From a bacterium (GTDB lineage: Bacteria > JACRDZ01 > JAQUKH01), in the NCBI GenBank assembly GCA_028719205.1, contig JAQUKH010000004.1, positions 38,332 through 102,331 of the forward strand: 64,000 nucleotides of DNA, given 5' to 3'. The position numbers and the translations under genes were made by a program. The notes under the pieces are model-generated. The model had not been told where the DNA came from, did no database searches, and saw nothing but the letters and a program-made list of their open reading frames with translations. Of this stretch, positions 20,691 to 30,630 are shown in pieces; positions within the stretch are counted from its first letter, which is position 1, and each line of letters begins with the position of its first letter.

Positions 20691-21520
20691 ATTTTCCTTT
20701 TCGTTACCAATCTGCTCGTTAAACTTATTACGAAAGTCAATCCAATAAGCACCAACGCCCCTGCCCATGCCTGTCTCTGCCAGTCCTCAAAAGGCGAGAT
20801 CGCGTAAACAAATATTTGTAAAGGAAGCGCGGCTATCGGCTGGGTCATTCCCTGGTGCCAGAACCTGTTTCCGAAAGCCGTAAATAAAAGCGGCGCAGTC
20901 TCGCCAAAGATCCGGGCGATAGACAACATTACCCCTGTAATTGTACCCGGCATTGCTGTCTTCAAAATTATTCTAATAGTGGTTTTGAACCGGTTTATCC
21001 CAAGCGCCAGAGACGCCTCACGCAAATCATGGGGAACCATCCGTATCGCCTCTTCCGTGGTCCGCATTATAGTGGGAATCATTATTATCCCAAGCGCGAA
21101 AGCTCCGCTTAACGCTGAAAAACTTTTCATCGGCCGAACCCAGACTGAATAAGCGAAAATCCCGATCACAATAGAAGGCACTCCGCTTAACACATCCGCT
21201 GAAAATCTGATCAAGGTTCCCAATTTGTTAGTGCTGAATTCCGAAAGATACACCCCGCCTAGCACACCTGCAGGTATCGCCCATAAAGACGCCATACCAG
21301 TTAAGATCAGGCTTCCAATAATGGCGTTTGCCATACCACCGCCTGGTTCCCCAGCGGGTTTTGGAAGCTGTGTGAAAAAATCAATATTTATGCTTGTGAT
21401 ACCTTTTGAAATAACATAAACAAAAATACTGATCAAAGGCAATAAAACAAATATTGCGCAGAAAACTGTAAGAGCCCTCATTAATTTATCTGTTATTTTT
21501 CTTCTTAAATAATTATTCAT
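20687..21520 (-). CDS. pstA: Phosphate ABC transporter permease PstA (copy 1).
   Basis: Polytopic membrane protein in operon position. Confidence 0.85.
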   Translation of the reverse strand: MNNYLRRKITDKLMRALTVFCAIFVLLPLISIFVYVISKGITSINIDFFTQLPKPAGEPGGGMANAIIGSLILTGMASLWAIPAGVLGGVYLSEFSTNKLGTLIRFSADVLSGVPSIVIGIFAYSVWVRPMKSFSALSGAFALGIIMIPTIMRTTEEAIRMVPHDLREASLALGINRFKTTIRIILKTAMPGTITGVMLSIARIFGETAPLLFTAFGNRFWHQGMTQPIAALPLQIFVYAISPFEDWQRQAWAGALVLIGLTFVISLTSRLVTKRKI

Positions 21521-21533
21521 CTGTTACCTTTTA

Positions 21534-21580
21534 CCACCCCTTAATCCCCTCCTTGCTAAGGAGGGGACGGGGGAGGTTCA
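21534..21580. repeat. REP-like palindromic element, family 2, between pstC and pstA.
   Basis: CCACCCCTTAATCCCCTCCTTgctAAGGAGGGGAcGGGGGAGGTTCA. Confidence 0.55.
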
Positions 21581-22501
21581 TTTCCCGAAACTTGCTTTAT
21601 TTGTTGTAGACCAGACTAAAAATCTCGCTATTATATTTAAGAATAGCGTCAATCCAAAAAGGATCAACCCTATTTCCATTAGAGTTGATACATATAAATC
21701 GCTGGTCGCCTCGGTAAATTCATTGGCAATAACTGAAGACATTGTAGCCGCCGGCGCGAACAGGGAAAGAGAAATTTCCGGCCGGTTTCCGATAAGCATA
21801 GTCACAGCCATTGTCTCGCCGAGCGCCCGCCCTAACCCTAAAATCACCGCGCCCATAACCCCGTTCTTACTAAATTTCAGAACAGCCAATTTTATTGTTT
21901 CCCATCGTGTCGCGCCAAGCGCCAATGCCGCCTCGCGCTGTGAATGGGGCACAGCCATAAAGATATCCCTTGAAACCGAAGCTATGGTAGGGATAATCAT
22001 AATGCTTAAAATAATCCCCGCGGCCATCATCCCCACACCATAAATATCTCCCTGGAAAAAAGGCAAAAATCCAAAATATTTAGCGAAAAACGGTTGAATA
22101 GTTTCCCTGAGTAACGGCACCAGAACAAAAATTCCCCATAAACCATAGATCACACTCGGTATCGCGGCTAACAGTTCAATCAAGAAACTCAAAGGCTGTC
22201 TTATTTTTGAGGGAGCGAGTTCGGAAAGATAAATAGCGGTTCCTAAAGAAATCGGAACTGCAATTATTAGAGCTAAAAGAGAAGAGACGATAGTCCCCCA
22301 GATAAATGTCAACGCCCCAAAATTTTCTTTAACCGGATCCCACCGCGTATTGAATAAAAACGGGAACCCAAAATTTTTAATTGCCGGAAACGCCTCTTTT
22401 GTTATTATAAAAAGTATGAGAATGGCAAAGGCAACCGCAGACAAAGCAAAAACCGCGGATACCTTCTGAAAAATAAAATCAGTCAATTTTGATCTTTTCA
22501 C
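21578..22501 (-). CDS. pstC: Phosphate ABC transporter permease PstC (copy 1).
   Basis: Polytopic membrane protein. Confidence 0.85.
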   Translation of the reverse strand: MKRSKLTDFIFQKVSAVFALSAVAFAILILFIITKEAFPAIKNFGFPFLFNTRWDPVKENFGALTFIWGTIVSSLLALIIAVPISLGTAIYLSELAPSKIRQPLSFLIELLAAIPSVIYGLWGIFVLVPLLRETIQPFFAKYFGFLPFFQGDIYGVGMMAAGIILSIMIIPTIASVSRDIFMAVPHSQREAALALGATRWETIKLAVLKFSKNGVMGAVILGLGRALGETMAVTMLIGNRPEISLSLFAPAATMSSVIANEFTEATSDLYVSTLMEIGLILFGLTLFLNIIARFLVWSTTNKASFGK

Positions 22502-22546
22502 GATTAGAGTTTAACAAAAGTATGTTAAGAAATTATGAAGGAAGTG

Positions 22547-22569
22547 TGAATTTTGTGTGAAGTTTTTGC
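22547..22569 (-). promoter_or_regulatory. Second identical Pho-box-like direct repeat. It lies inside the operon between pstS and pstC (46-68 nt upstream of pstC), next to a GC-rich hairpin.
   Basis: Exact 23-nt match to 19897-19919. The preceding hairpin GGGCCGC...GCGGCCC at 22583-22617 follows the pstS stop. Confidence 0.5.
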
Positions 22570-22642
22570 TGAAAGGGAATCGGGCCGCAATCCCGATCTC
22601 GTCGGGACCGCGGCCCTTAAGCTTCAAGGAGGAAGCATTTCC

Positions 22643-23683
22643 CTATTTTACCTGTATTTCACTTATTTTATTCTGAATCTTTGTTATAAGACTATTTGGT
22701 AATGGAGCATACAACAGGTCCGCCGCGTATTTCTGGCCGTCTGTTACCGCCCAATTTAAAAATTTAACTATTTTCTCGCCTTTTGCTTTATCATTTTGTT
22801 TTTTATAAACAAGTATCCATGTTAATCCGGCAATCGGATAAGCGTCTTTTCCCGAAGGATTAACCAGCGATACCCTGAAATCAGACGGCATTGTGTCAAC
22901 TTTCGCGTCCAATGCTTTAGTAGTACTCTCTAAACTTGGGGTAATAAAATTTCCAGCAATGTTTTTAATATCGCCATAAGGGAGCTTGTTTTTAACCGCG
23001 TAGGATAGTTCCACATAACCTATGCTCCCGGGTGTTTGTTTAACCAAACCCGTCACTCCTTCATTCCCTTTTCCGCCTAAACCAACCGGCCAATCAACCG
23101 AAGTCCCTTTTCCGACTTTTGATTTCCACGCGCCGGATATCTCCGAAAGATAATCAACAAAAATAAAAGTAGTACCGCTTCCATCTGAACGATGGACCAC
23201 AACAATTTTTTTGTCAGGAAGATTTACACCGGGATTATCCTGGGCAATCCTGCCATCATTCCATTTTTTTATCTTTCCAAGAAAAATATCGGCCACTACA
23301 TCCGGGCTGAATCGTAAGGACGAACGGCTGTTCGACACTTCTTGCAGGTTGTAAGTTAAAACAACCGCTCCCGCAACCATGGGGAGATGAAATATTTCCG
23401 CACCAGCTTTTTGCAGCTGTTCATCAGTCATAGGGCCGTCAGTCGCGCCAAAATCCACAGTCTTTTCACTGATCTGTCTTATCCCGCCGCCTGAACCGAT
23501 AGACTGGTAATTGAAATTTACCGTTTCATCTATTTTCGCGTATTCGTAAAACCATTTTGAATAAATCGGGTACGGAAATGTCGCTCCAGCCCCGTTTATC
23601 AGAAGAAGCTTCGCGGCAAAAACCCCGCTTACGATAATGAGGCTGATAAAAACACCCCCAATAATTGTTAATAATTTTTTCAT
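22643..23683 (-). CDS. pstS: Phosphate-binding protein PstS (long form, 346 aa).
   Basis: Signal peptide. ATFPYPIYSKW and SGSGT motifs. Confidence 0.8.
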   Translation of the reverse strand: MKKLLTIIGGVFISLIIVSGVFAAKLLLINGAGATFPYPIYSKWFYEYAKIDETVNFNYQSIGSGGGIRQISEKTVDFGATDGPMTDEQLQKAGAEIFHLPMVAGAVVLTYNLQEVSNSRSSLRFSPDVVADIFLGKIKKWNDGRIAQDNPGVNLPDKKIVVVHRSDGSGTTFIFVDYLSEISGAWKSKVGKGTSVDWPVGLGGKGNEGVTGLVKQTPGSIGYVELSYAVKNKLPYGDIKNIAGNFITPSLESTTKALDAKVDTMPSDFRVSLVNPSGKDAYPIAGLTWILVYKKQNDKAKGEKIVKFLNWAVTDGQKYAADLLYAPLPNSLITKIQNKISEIQVK

Positions 23684-23698
23684 ATTAATTTTCCTCCT

Positions 23699-24886
23699 TT
23701 ATATTTTTATCTGTATCTGAGCTAATACTTCATTTAAACTGCCGGTTGTAACAGTTTCATCCTTGCGGGCCCTGTAATCGACCATCAATTTAGTATTATC
23801 ATTTATGAACCAGTTCAAACCGACAGTCGTAATTTTCTGAGTATTACTGTCTATGTCTTTATCAGGGTCATAAGTCTCATATTTAACTACGGGCTGTATA
23901 GCCATTTTGCCTTCTAAAGGAATTTTATACGCCGCCTGAACATAGTAGCCATTTCCGGTAACATCGGTTTTGCTATCATCTTCATAATCTTTCTTTTGCG
24001 TTAAATATTCACCCTGAACATTAAATTTTTCAAACACATATTTTACCAATGCCCCTGAACGTGTACGACTGTATGGGTCCTGCGTGCTGGTCTTTTTAAA
24101 CATTCCTGTTTTTGAATCAGCAGTTGTAGTGCTATATGTATCCTTTTGCTCCATTTCTTTTCCTGTCATGTAGTTTACCCCGAAGGATAAACCTTTAACA
24201 GGAGTAAATACAATCTTTCCAACCGCGTCCTTACCGCTATTATCTTCAGAGGCGTTAGCGCCCGAGCCATTAACTATTGCTAACCCGTAATAGACGCTTT
24301 TATTGAAAAGATTCGCGTCCACCATTAAACCCATATCTCTTTCCTGCGCTAAGCTTCCTACAGGAAGAGACCGTTCTATCGTATCTATGGCTGAACTTGA
24401 AGTAAGAAATTCATCTGAGTAAGGTATTTTAAACTGCCCTATGGTAATGTTCGCGTAATCAAAATGGGAGAACTTCATGTACGCGTCATTGACAATAGAC
24501 CCGCTGGGGCTCTTTGAAGGGTCAATTTCCGCCTTATAATTTACTTTATCAAGAACTTTTCCAGCGATAGATAAGGTTACTGTCTTAATCCTGAATTGGT
24601 CTTTAGCGTTAGGTTTCGCGAAATGCTCAAAACGGACCTGAGTATAACCGCCTATTTTTATATCGGCCTTATCTTTTGATTCCTTCGCTTTAGCTTCCGC
24701 TTCCGCCTTCTTTGCCGCGTCTATGCTGTTCTGTGTATCTGTTCTTACCTCCTGGGATTCAGCCGCGTTCAAAAACCCCTTCTCTACCAATTTGTTCAAA
24801 AGAACATCCGTCTCACCCGCAAACGCGGAAGACGTTGCCGCAAACAACACGGCACCTGCAAACATACTTCTCAACATCTTTTTCAT
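23699..24886 (-). CDS. Phosphate-selective porin (OprO/OprP-like). It is the first gene of pst operon 1.
   Basis: Signal peptide AFAGET, an alternating amphipathic beta-strand pattern and a C-terminal aromatic residue. Lies 15 bp upstream of pstS. Confidence 0.65.
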   Translation of the reverse strand: MKKMLRSMFAGAVLFAATSSAFAGETDVLLNKLVEKGFLNAAESQEVRTDTQNSIDAAKKAEAEAKAKESKDKADIKIGGYTQVRFEHFAKPNAKDQFRIKTVTLSIAGKVLDKVNYKAEIDPSKSPSGSIVNDAYMKFSHFDYANITIGQFKIPYSDEFLTSSSAIDTIERSLPVGSLAQERDMGLMVDANLFNKSVYYGLAIVNGSGANASEDNSGKDAVGKIVFTPVKGLSFGVNYMTGKEMEQKDTYSTTTADSKTGMFKKTSTQDPYSRTRSGALVKYVFEKFNVQGEYLTQKKDYEDDSKTDVTGNGYYVQAAYKIPLEGKMAIQPVVKYETYDPDKDIDSNTQKITTVGLNWFINDNTKLMVDYRARKDETVTTGSLNEVLAQIQIKI

Positions 24887-25071
24887 TTTTTTCTCCTTTT
24901 TGATTATTTACACATAATTTTCTAATCTGCCGTAAATTCAATTCTATTTGTTTTAACGACTCATGTCATAATTGCAGTCATTTTTTTCTCTTTTTCCATA
25001 TTATCCAAAATACCGCGTGGCTTGTTCCTCATGGCTGCCATATTTTGCATAATCTTCAGTCACCTCCTTTT

Positions 25072-25479
25072 CTAACAATACGCGTATATGTCATTATTTT
25101 TATTTTTGTCATATAACGATTTTTTCTTAACAATTTCCATCAACTCTGAAATATTAAACGGTTTGGCAAGATAATAATCCGCCCCTATAACATCCCCGTA
25201 AATTTTATCCAGCGGCTGTACTCTGGCTGTCAATATAATTACGCATGTTTTAGAAAGAACCGGATTTTCCTTAATGGCCCTGCATATGGTAAATCCATCA
25301 ATCCCGGGAAGCATAACATCCAGAATAACTACATCAAATATCTCCTTACCAATTTTTTCTTTTGCCTCAAGCCCGTCAAATGCCGAATCCGGATTAAAAC
25401 CTCGAACAATTAAATTGTACGAAATAAGTTTATTTAAATGCTCATCATCCTCAACAACTAATACTTTTTTATCTTTCAT
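25072..25479 (-). CDS. Single-domain response regulator (CheY-like receiver, 135 aa).
   Basis: KVLVVEDDEHLNKL...DVVILDVMLPGIDGF...LTAR receiver signature. No output domain. Confidence 0.75.
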   Translation of the reverse strand: MKDKKVLVVEDDEHLNKLISYNLIVRGFNPDSAFDGLEAKEKIGKEIFDVVILDVMLPGIDGFTICRAIKENPVLSKTCVIILTARVQPLDKIYGDVIGADYYLAKPFNISELMEIVKKKSLYDKNKNNDIYAYC

Positions 25480-25503
25480 AATGCTCCTTTAAAATTAATC
25501 TGT

Positions 25504-25959
25504 TTAATCCAATTCTCTATTGCTTGGAGAATATTTCACGGTAAATATCCTCATTATGCATAACACAAACACAATACCCAGCATCATTCCCATTTTGTAT
25601 GGTTCAAACTCCCTGAATAAATACCCGATCATTTCCGTAAGCACGATCACGATCATCGTATCTATAATAAAACTTATCTTTACCCTGCCTTCAGAAAAAT
25701 AAACCATAATAGTTTTGTATATTTCAAGAAGCGCGAGTATCGTTAGCACGTTTAGTATTATTCCATGCAAAGCATGTTCCAGGTCTATTTGAAACAGGAA
25801 CCTGAAATGAAAAACCATTGCAATAATACCAGCCAGCATACTGCCAAGCGTTATAAGCATTAACATCCTCAATATCAAACTGGCTATTTTTTCATAGACT
25901 TTCACTGAAACCAATTCTTCTGATATATTTCTTATTATTTCTGTTTTCATAAAGTTCAT
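25504..25959 (-). CDS. Phosphate-starvation-inducible PsiE-like inner-membrane protein (151 aa).
   Basis: Four hydrophobic helices. The LLEIYKTIMVYFSEGRVKISFIIDTMIVIVLTEMI block resembles the PsiE core. A Pho-box-like repeat lies 85-107 nt upstream. Confidence 0.45.
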   Translation of the reverse strand: MNFMKTEIIRNISEELVSVKVYEKIASLILRMLMLITLGSMLAGIIAMVFHFRFLFQIDLEHALHGIILNVLTILALLEIYKTIMVYFSEGRVKISFIIDTMIVIVLTEMIGYLFREFEPYKMGMMLGIVFVLCIMRIFTVKYSPSNRELD

Positions 25960-26046
25960 CTCCTTTCTACTGCATTTGCAGTATCTTCTTTTTTATTTTA
26001 ATTGTATATATTATAAAATAACAATGTGGAGATATTATGAGGAGAA

Positions 26047-26068
26047 TGTGAAGTTTATGTGAATTATT
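26047..26068 (-). promoter_or_regulatory. Third Pho-box-like direct repeat, GTGAAGTTTAT GTGAATTATTT, upstream of the PsiE-like gene and the receiver pair.
   Basis: Same 11-bp-phased GTGAA repeats as at the pst sites. Confidence 0.45.
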
Positions 26069-26079
26069 TCAGAGGGTTT

Positions 26080-27051
26080 TTATTGATTTTTAAAAAGTAA
26101 AGGATTGATTTGTGAGAGCACTACACGTTCAAATTCGGTATATAAACTAAACTTGCGGCTGGATTCTATCAGATTATAACTTATCTTTTCAGGGGTAACA
26201 TTTATTTCCATGAAATGATGAAACCCATTATTAAATTTCAATCCTCCTCCCCCGCCGCCGGAAACAATGTACATATGCCCATCACGGTTTTCCGCCCTTG
26301 GATTATGAATATGCCCTGAAAATATGTAATTAACGTTATATTTTTTTACCAGATCATGCAGAGTTTTGAAAGTGGGATCGGCATCATTCCTCCGTTCACC
26401 GGTACCATAAGCCCACGCGCTTGGTTTGTGCATAAAAAGGAAAATATATCTCTTCCCTTTATAATTTTCTTCCAGCACTTTTCCAAGCCATTGATAATCT
26501 TCGCCAACCAAGTCATCCCTCTCTTTACCATTATTTAATAATACAAACAGGTCCTGCCCGAAAACGAAAAAGTTTTGAAGCGGACCATACGAGGTTTCGA
26601 ATAATTTTTCACCCGATCCATTAATATCATATTTCCCGCGGCCTCCAAACACCGAAGCCGGAACATCGGCAATATCGTGGTTCCCCGGAACAACAAATAC
26701 CGGAAATTCTACATCCCAGTTACTGTATTCAGTAAGAAATACCCGGTAATAACCCGGGGTGGACCTTGCGACTAGATCACCGGCATAAATACCAAAATCT
26801 ATGGAATCCTTATTCGCCTGCCGGAATAAATTTTGCGCGGTGGCAATACCGAACTGTGTATCCCCAATAACCATAAATCTATATGAATCTTTGTTGCCGA
26901 TCGTCTCTAACCTCTGGAAATTATCGGGGAAATTTCCAAGGCCAGGAACAGGAGCAAGATTTCGCGCTGTTAAAATTATTTGAGTATAAGCAATAAAAAA
27001 AAGCAATATAATTATACCAACTGAATATTTAAGTGTTTTTTTTATTTTCAT
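26080..27051 (-). CDS. Secreted calcineurin-like metallophosphoesterase (323 aa), a candidate Pho-regulon phosphatase.
   Basis: Signal peptide. Metallophosphatase motifs GDTQFG, GDLVARS, GNHD, GHIHNP. Confidence 0.75.
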   Translation of the reverse strand: MKIKKTLKYSVGIIILLFFIAYTQIILTARNLAPVPGLGNFPDNFQRLETIGNKDSYRFMVIGDTQFGIATAQNLFRQANKDSIDFGIYAGDLVARSTPGYYRVFLTEYSNWDVEFPVFVVPGNHDIADVPASVFGGRGKYDINGSGEKLFETSYGPLQNFFVFGQDLFVLLNNGKERDDLVGEDYQWLGKVLEENYKGKRYIFLFMHKPSAWAYGTGERRNDADPTFKTLHDLVKKYNVNYIFSGHIHNPRAENRDGHMYIVSGGGGGGLKFNNGFHHFMEINVTPEKISYNLIESSRKFSLYTEFERVVLSQINPLLFKNQ

Positions 27052-27055
27052 AATA

Positions 27056-27907
27056 TTACAATAATTTTTTTCTGAAATTTCTATAAATCCAACCCATAAA
27101 TATTTTACCTGTATAAGATAATAATAACAAGATAAAACTAGTAACCACTATTGTCTGGTTTGTCGGGAAGTCATAGGTAAAAGAAAAATAAAACCCTAAA
27201 AGCGTGGAAAATATTGCCACAGTTACAGATATTATACATGACCATATCAGCCTGTTAGTTAAAAATAGAGCCATTGTCGGAGGAATTACCAGGTAACAAA
27301 ACACAAGGACCATTCCTCCGACTTTTGAAGACGCTGAAACTACAATACTAAGGCAATAGAAGAAAAAAAGCCCCCAGAATGTAACATTTACACCTAAAAC
27401 TTTTGCTTCTTCCCGGTCAACAAACGTGTATATTATCGGGCGCAAAAATAGAATAACAAGACTGATTACCGGTAATATAGTAAAAATAATAATTTTAAGA
27501 TCTTTAGGTGAAGTCAGAATAAGATTTCCGTAAATCAACGATTCCACTTCTTTCAATTCAAGCCCGCTTCTGGAAATAACAAGAATACTTAAGGCTGAAG
27601 TAAAAACAAAGATACAGCCCATTACCGCGTCTTGCGGCACCCTGTCTTTTTCTATCGGGAAGCTCAGGATGGTTACTATAAACATAGTAAAAATCGCCGC
27701 GCCAAAAAAAGGATTCACATTAAAAAACAGGGCTAAAGCAATTCCGCAGGCAGCCACTTGAGATAAAGTCGCGCCGATAAAAACAACTCTTTTTAAAACT
27801 ACAAAGACTCCTAAAAATGAACAAACTATTCCAATAATTAAACCTGTAAGAACCGCCTCAGGAAAAGTATTTAAAATATCCTTAATATTTAATATCAATT
27901 GTCCCAT
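27056..27907 (-). CDS. Metal (Zn/Mn-type) ABC transporter permease.
   Basis: Polytopic ZnuB/TroC-like topology. Located in an operon with the ATPase and the cluster-9 binding protein. Confidence 0.75.
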   Translation of the reverse strand: MGQLILNIKDILNTFPEAVLTGLIIGIVCSFLGVFVVLKRVVFIGATLSQVAACGIALALFFNVNPFFGAAIFTMFIVTILSFPIEKDRVPQDAVMGCIFVFTSALSILVISRSGLELKEVESLIYGNLILTSPKDLKIIIFTILPVISLVILFLRPIIYTFVDREEAKVLGVNVTFWGLFFFYCLSIVVSASSKVGGMVLVFCYLVIPPTMALFLTNRLIWSCIISVTVAIFSTLLGFYFSFTYDFPTNQTIVVTSFILLLLSYTGKIFMGWIYRNFRKKLL

Positions 27908-27908
27908 T

Positions 27909-28595
27909 TTATTTCACCTTAGATAAATTTTTTATTTCTTTCACATGTATAATTTTAACTTCTCCGTGATCAACCATACACACGCTCTCAGCAAGCAAGC
28001 TTAAATCATCCAATCCGTGATGAGCAATCAATACCGTTTTTTTCTGTTCAGACACAAAACGCAGCAAATGATTTAGAACCTCTTTCTGTGAAGCATCATC
28101 CAGTTCAGAGGTAGGCTCATCCATAATAAAAACCTCCGCGCCACTGACCAGCGCCCTCGCTATAAGTGTTTTTTGTTTTGTCCCGCCGGAAAGATCTCTA
28201 TAATTTTTATGCGCGTGTCCGGTTAATTTTAATTCTTCCAGGGACTCTTCAAGAATTTTTTTATCTTCTTCACTTGGTTTTCCCCACCATTTCAAACGCG
28301 GATAAAAACCCATCATCACTATTTCACGAACCGTCAAAGGGAACAGCGCGTCGATTGACTTTTGCTGGGGCACATAACCTGCCGGTTTGTGCTTAAAGGG
28401 CGTTTGGATAAATCCTCCGGCAGGCTTGAGTAATCCAAGTATCCCGCGCAGCAATGTTGTCTTCCCCGCTCCATTCGGGCCTATAAAAGGCAAAAAAACG
28501 CCCTGTGGAATATTAAGAGAAATATTTTTAAGAACAATATCCCTTCCATATCCTAATGATAAATTTTCACAGCATATAATTGGTATTTTTTTCAT
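27909..28595 (-). CDS. Metal ABC transporter ATP-binding protein (ZnuC-like).
   Basis: GPNGAGKTTLLRGILGL Walker A. LSGGTKQKTLIARAL. Walker B FIMDEPTSELD. Confidence 0.8.
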   Translation of the reverse strand: MKKIPIICCENLSLGYGRDIVLKNISLNIPQGVFLPFIGPNGAGKTTLLRGILGLLKPAGGFIQTPFKHKPAGYVPQQKSIDALFPLTVREIVMMGFYPRLKWWGKPSEEDKKILEESLEELKLTGHAHKNYRDLSGGTKQKTLIARALVSGAEVFIMDEPTSELDDASQKEVLNHLLRFVSEQKKTVLIAHHGLDDLSLLAESVCMVDHGEVKIIHVKEIKNLSKVK

Positions 28596-28601
28596 AAAAT
28601 A

Positions 28602-29480
28602 CTACCTCGATATCGCATCGATAATTTCATCGAAATGCTTAAAATACGATTCCCGTTTTATATCAGAGCAAGAGGGAGCAAACTTAAATATTTTTATCCC
28701 TGTCTGATTTGCCAGAAATTCCGGCGCTTTATCAGGAAAATAAGACTCCTGCAACAGGATGGAGATGCTGTCCCTTTTAATAAGATTAGCAAGCCCCGAG
28801 AGATGTTTCCCGGTAGGAGGAATGCCCGGTAAAGGTTCTACATTCCCAGCTATATTCAGATTAAAGACTGAAGCAAAATATACCCACGAGGAATGATAAC
28901 TGATAATTTTTTTGCCGGATAGTTTTAACATCTTTGATTTCCAGCCTGTAATTCGATTTTCAGTTTCATTCTTGAAGTTCGCGTAATTCTTTTCATAGTA
29001 TGAACTGTTTAAAGGGTCCACCTTCTCTAAAGCTGAAAGTACATTATTCGCGATAATAATTCCATTTGAAGGATCCAGCCAATAATGTGAGTTTCCTTCC
29101 GGATGCACATCACCTAAGGAAGCATCTATCTTTCCCGCCGGCTTTTCAAGAACCGATATCCCGTGAGAACAATCAACTACCAGAATTTTATTGTTACGGG
29201 AACCATCTATTAATTCATTGGACCATTGATCCAGGGAAAGCCCAACCTTCAAATAGATATCCGCCCTCGAGACCTTAACAATGTAAGAAGGAAACACTTC
29301 TATAGAGTGAGGATTTGAATTGTTTTTGCCAATCGAGATCACATCGACTTTATCGCCTCCGATATACGATGCTATGGAACCAAGATCCGGTAAAGCCGCT
29401 ATGATCTTAACAGGTGCGGCAAACACCGGAATACTTCCGATAAAAATAAATGTTATCAGAGATATTAATAATTTTTTCAT
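28602..29480 (-). CDS. Metal-binding periplasmic protein (ZnuA/TroA-like cluster-9 substrate-binding protein).
   Basis: Signal peptide. Has the ALPDLGSIASYIGGDKVDV and EGNSHYWLDP blocks and His/Asp metal ligands typical of ZnuA/TroA. Confidence 0.75.
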   Translation of the reverse strand: MKKLLISLITFIFIGSIPVFAAPVKIIAALPDLGSIASYIGGDKVDVISIGKNNSNPHSIEVFPSYIVKVSRADIYLKVGLSLDQWSNELIDGSRNNKILVVDCSHGISVLEKPAGKIDASLGDVHPEGNSHYWLDPSNGIIIANNVLSALEKVDPLNSSYYEKNYANFKNETENRITGWKSKMLKLSGKKIISYHSSWVYFASVFNLNIAGNVEPLPGIPPTGKHLSGLANLIKRDSISILLQESYFPDKAPEFLANQTGIKIFKFAPSCSDIKRESYFKHFDEIIDAISR

Positions 29481-29513
29481 TTTTAAACTTCTCCTTTGTA
29501 AATATTGTTATAA

Positions 29514-30578
29514 TTAAAACTGGTGTACCTTATGCGGCCCCATACTGAAAACCATTTGGAACATCAAGGTATGGACCGTATCGGATTCTTCCGGCATAAA
29601 TTTTTCATAAGCAAGACGGAACAAAGTAGTTTCTTCCAATAGAGAATATCCCACAAAATATTTTATCGTTTTGTTGGTCAGATCCTTATTTTCCATCGGC
29701 TGATATTGATCGTAAATGGAACCGGCATTCCATCTCTCCCAAAACTTAAGGTCGGCAAAGGCGTAAAAACCCTTTCTCTTGTTCGCGTCGAAATCTCCGG
29801 TAGTGCTGTCAAAAACAACATCACTATTATTGTAAAAATATTCTCCCTGCAATGTCAGATTAGTTAAACCGGATAAAGGTATTTTTGTTTTGATGTCAGC
29901 GCCATATACCATTGTCTTAGTTTTCCACTGCGCATTATTAGTACCCTGAGTTACTGAGGTTCCTATATCAAGCGGCACAGTATCATTGATAAGCAGGGAA
30001 TTGCTGAAGCGCCCCACCCAACCGGCGGAAGATTTTGTTTCATCTGGATGAAAAGACGACCCTTTTATCACATCAGCTGAAATTGTAGAAGCCCAGCTGC
30101 CTGTCGTAGGCAGTAAAACCGAAGCTTGTACTCCCACTTCATTGAATCCGTCTTCCCCAGGCAGCATTGCCAACATAACCCTCGGGGATTCAATAAATGA
30201 ATATGCGTGCGGGTGCGCCGGATTAAGCTTGCCGAAACCAATCCGGTATTTCCCGCCTTTCAGAGCCAGTCCGCCGGGAAGCCCCTTAAAAATATTAATA
30301 TATGCTTCTTCCGTTTCCACTCCCTCATTACCAGCGGTTAACACAAAAAGCCCTTTCGAGTAAGGATTCAGATATGAATCAAACACCAGTTCTGTTTCTC
30401 CGAGGTCAAGAGTCGGGATGCGCGCGTCTTCCAACGCGGCGTCATCAGTGCGTTTTGAAATAATTTGTCCGATAACTGAAATATCAGGATTAATGACACC
30501 CGCAGACACTGGATTGGAAATACCCAAAACAGAAACAAATAATAAAATGATAAATGGTATGGTACAAATTCTAACCAT
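29514..30578 (-). CDS. Putative outer-membrane beta-barrel protein (354 aa), function unknown; possibly linked to metal uptake.
   Basis: Signal peptide, alternating beta-strand pattern, C-terminal ...HQF aromatic end. Confidence 0.35.
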   Translation of the reverse strand: MVRICTIPFIILLFVSVLGISNPVSAGVINPDISVIGQIISKRTDDAALEDARIPTLDLGETELVFDSYLNPYSKGLFVLTAGNEGVETEEAYINIFKGLPGGLALKGGKYRIGFGKLNPAHPHAYSFIESPRVMLAMLPGEDGFNEVGVQASVLLPTTGSWASTISADVIKGSSFHPDETKSSAGWVGRFSNSLLINDTVPLDIGTSVTQGTNNAQWKTKTMVYGADIKTKIPLSGLTNLTLQGEYFYNNSDVVFDSTTGDFDANKRKGFYAFADLKFWERWNAGSIYDQYQPMENKDLTNKTIKYFVGYSLLEETTLFRLAYEKFMPEESDTVHTLMFQMVFSMGPHKVHQF

Positions 30579-30630
30579 GGATTTCCCCTTTTTAGAATAA
30601 GATTGAAATAAAATATAAATTTCGGGATAG

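Noticed and set aside
24887-25071. Possible Pho box upstream of the porin gene (TTTACACATAATTTTC, and a CATGTCATAATTGCAGTCAT E. coli-like string).
   Set aside because: It matches the local GTGAA-repeat consensus only partially and sits in the opposite orientation. It is too weak to call without a position weight matrix. Noted only.
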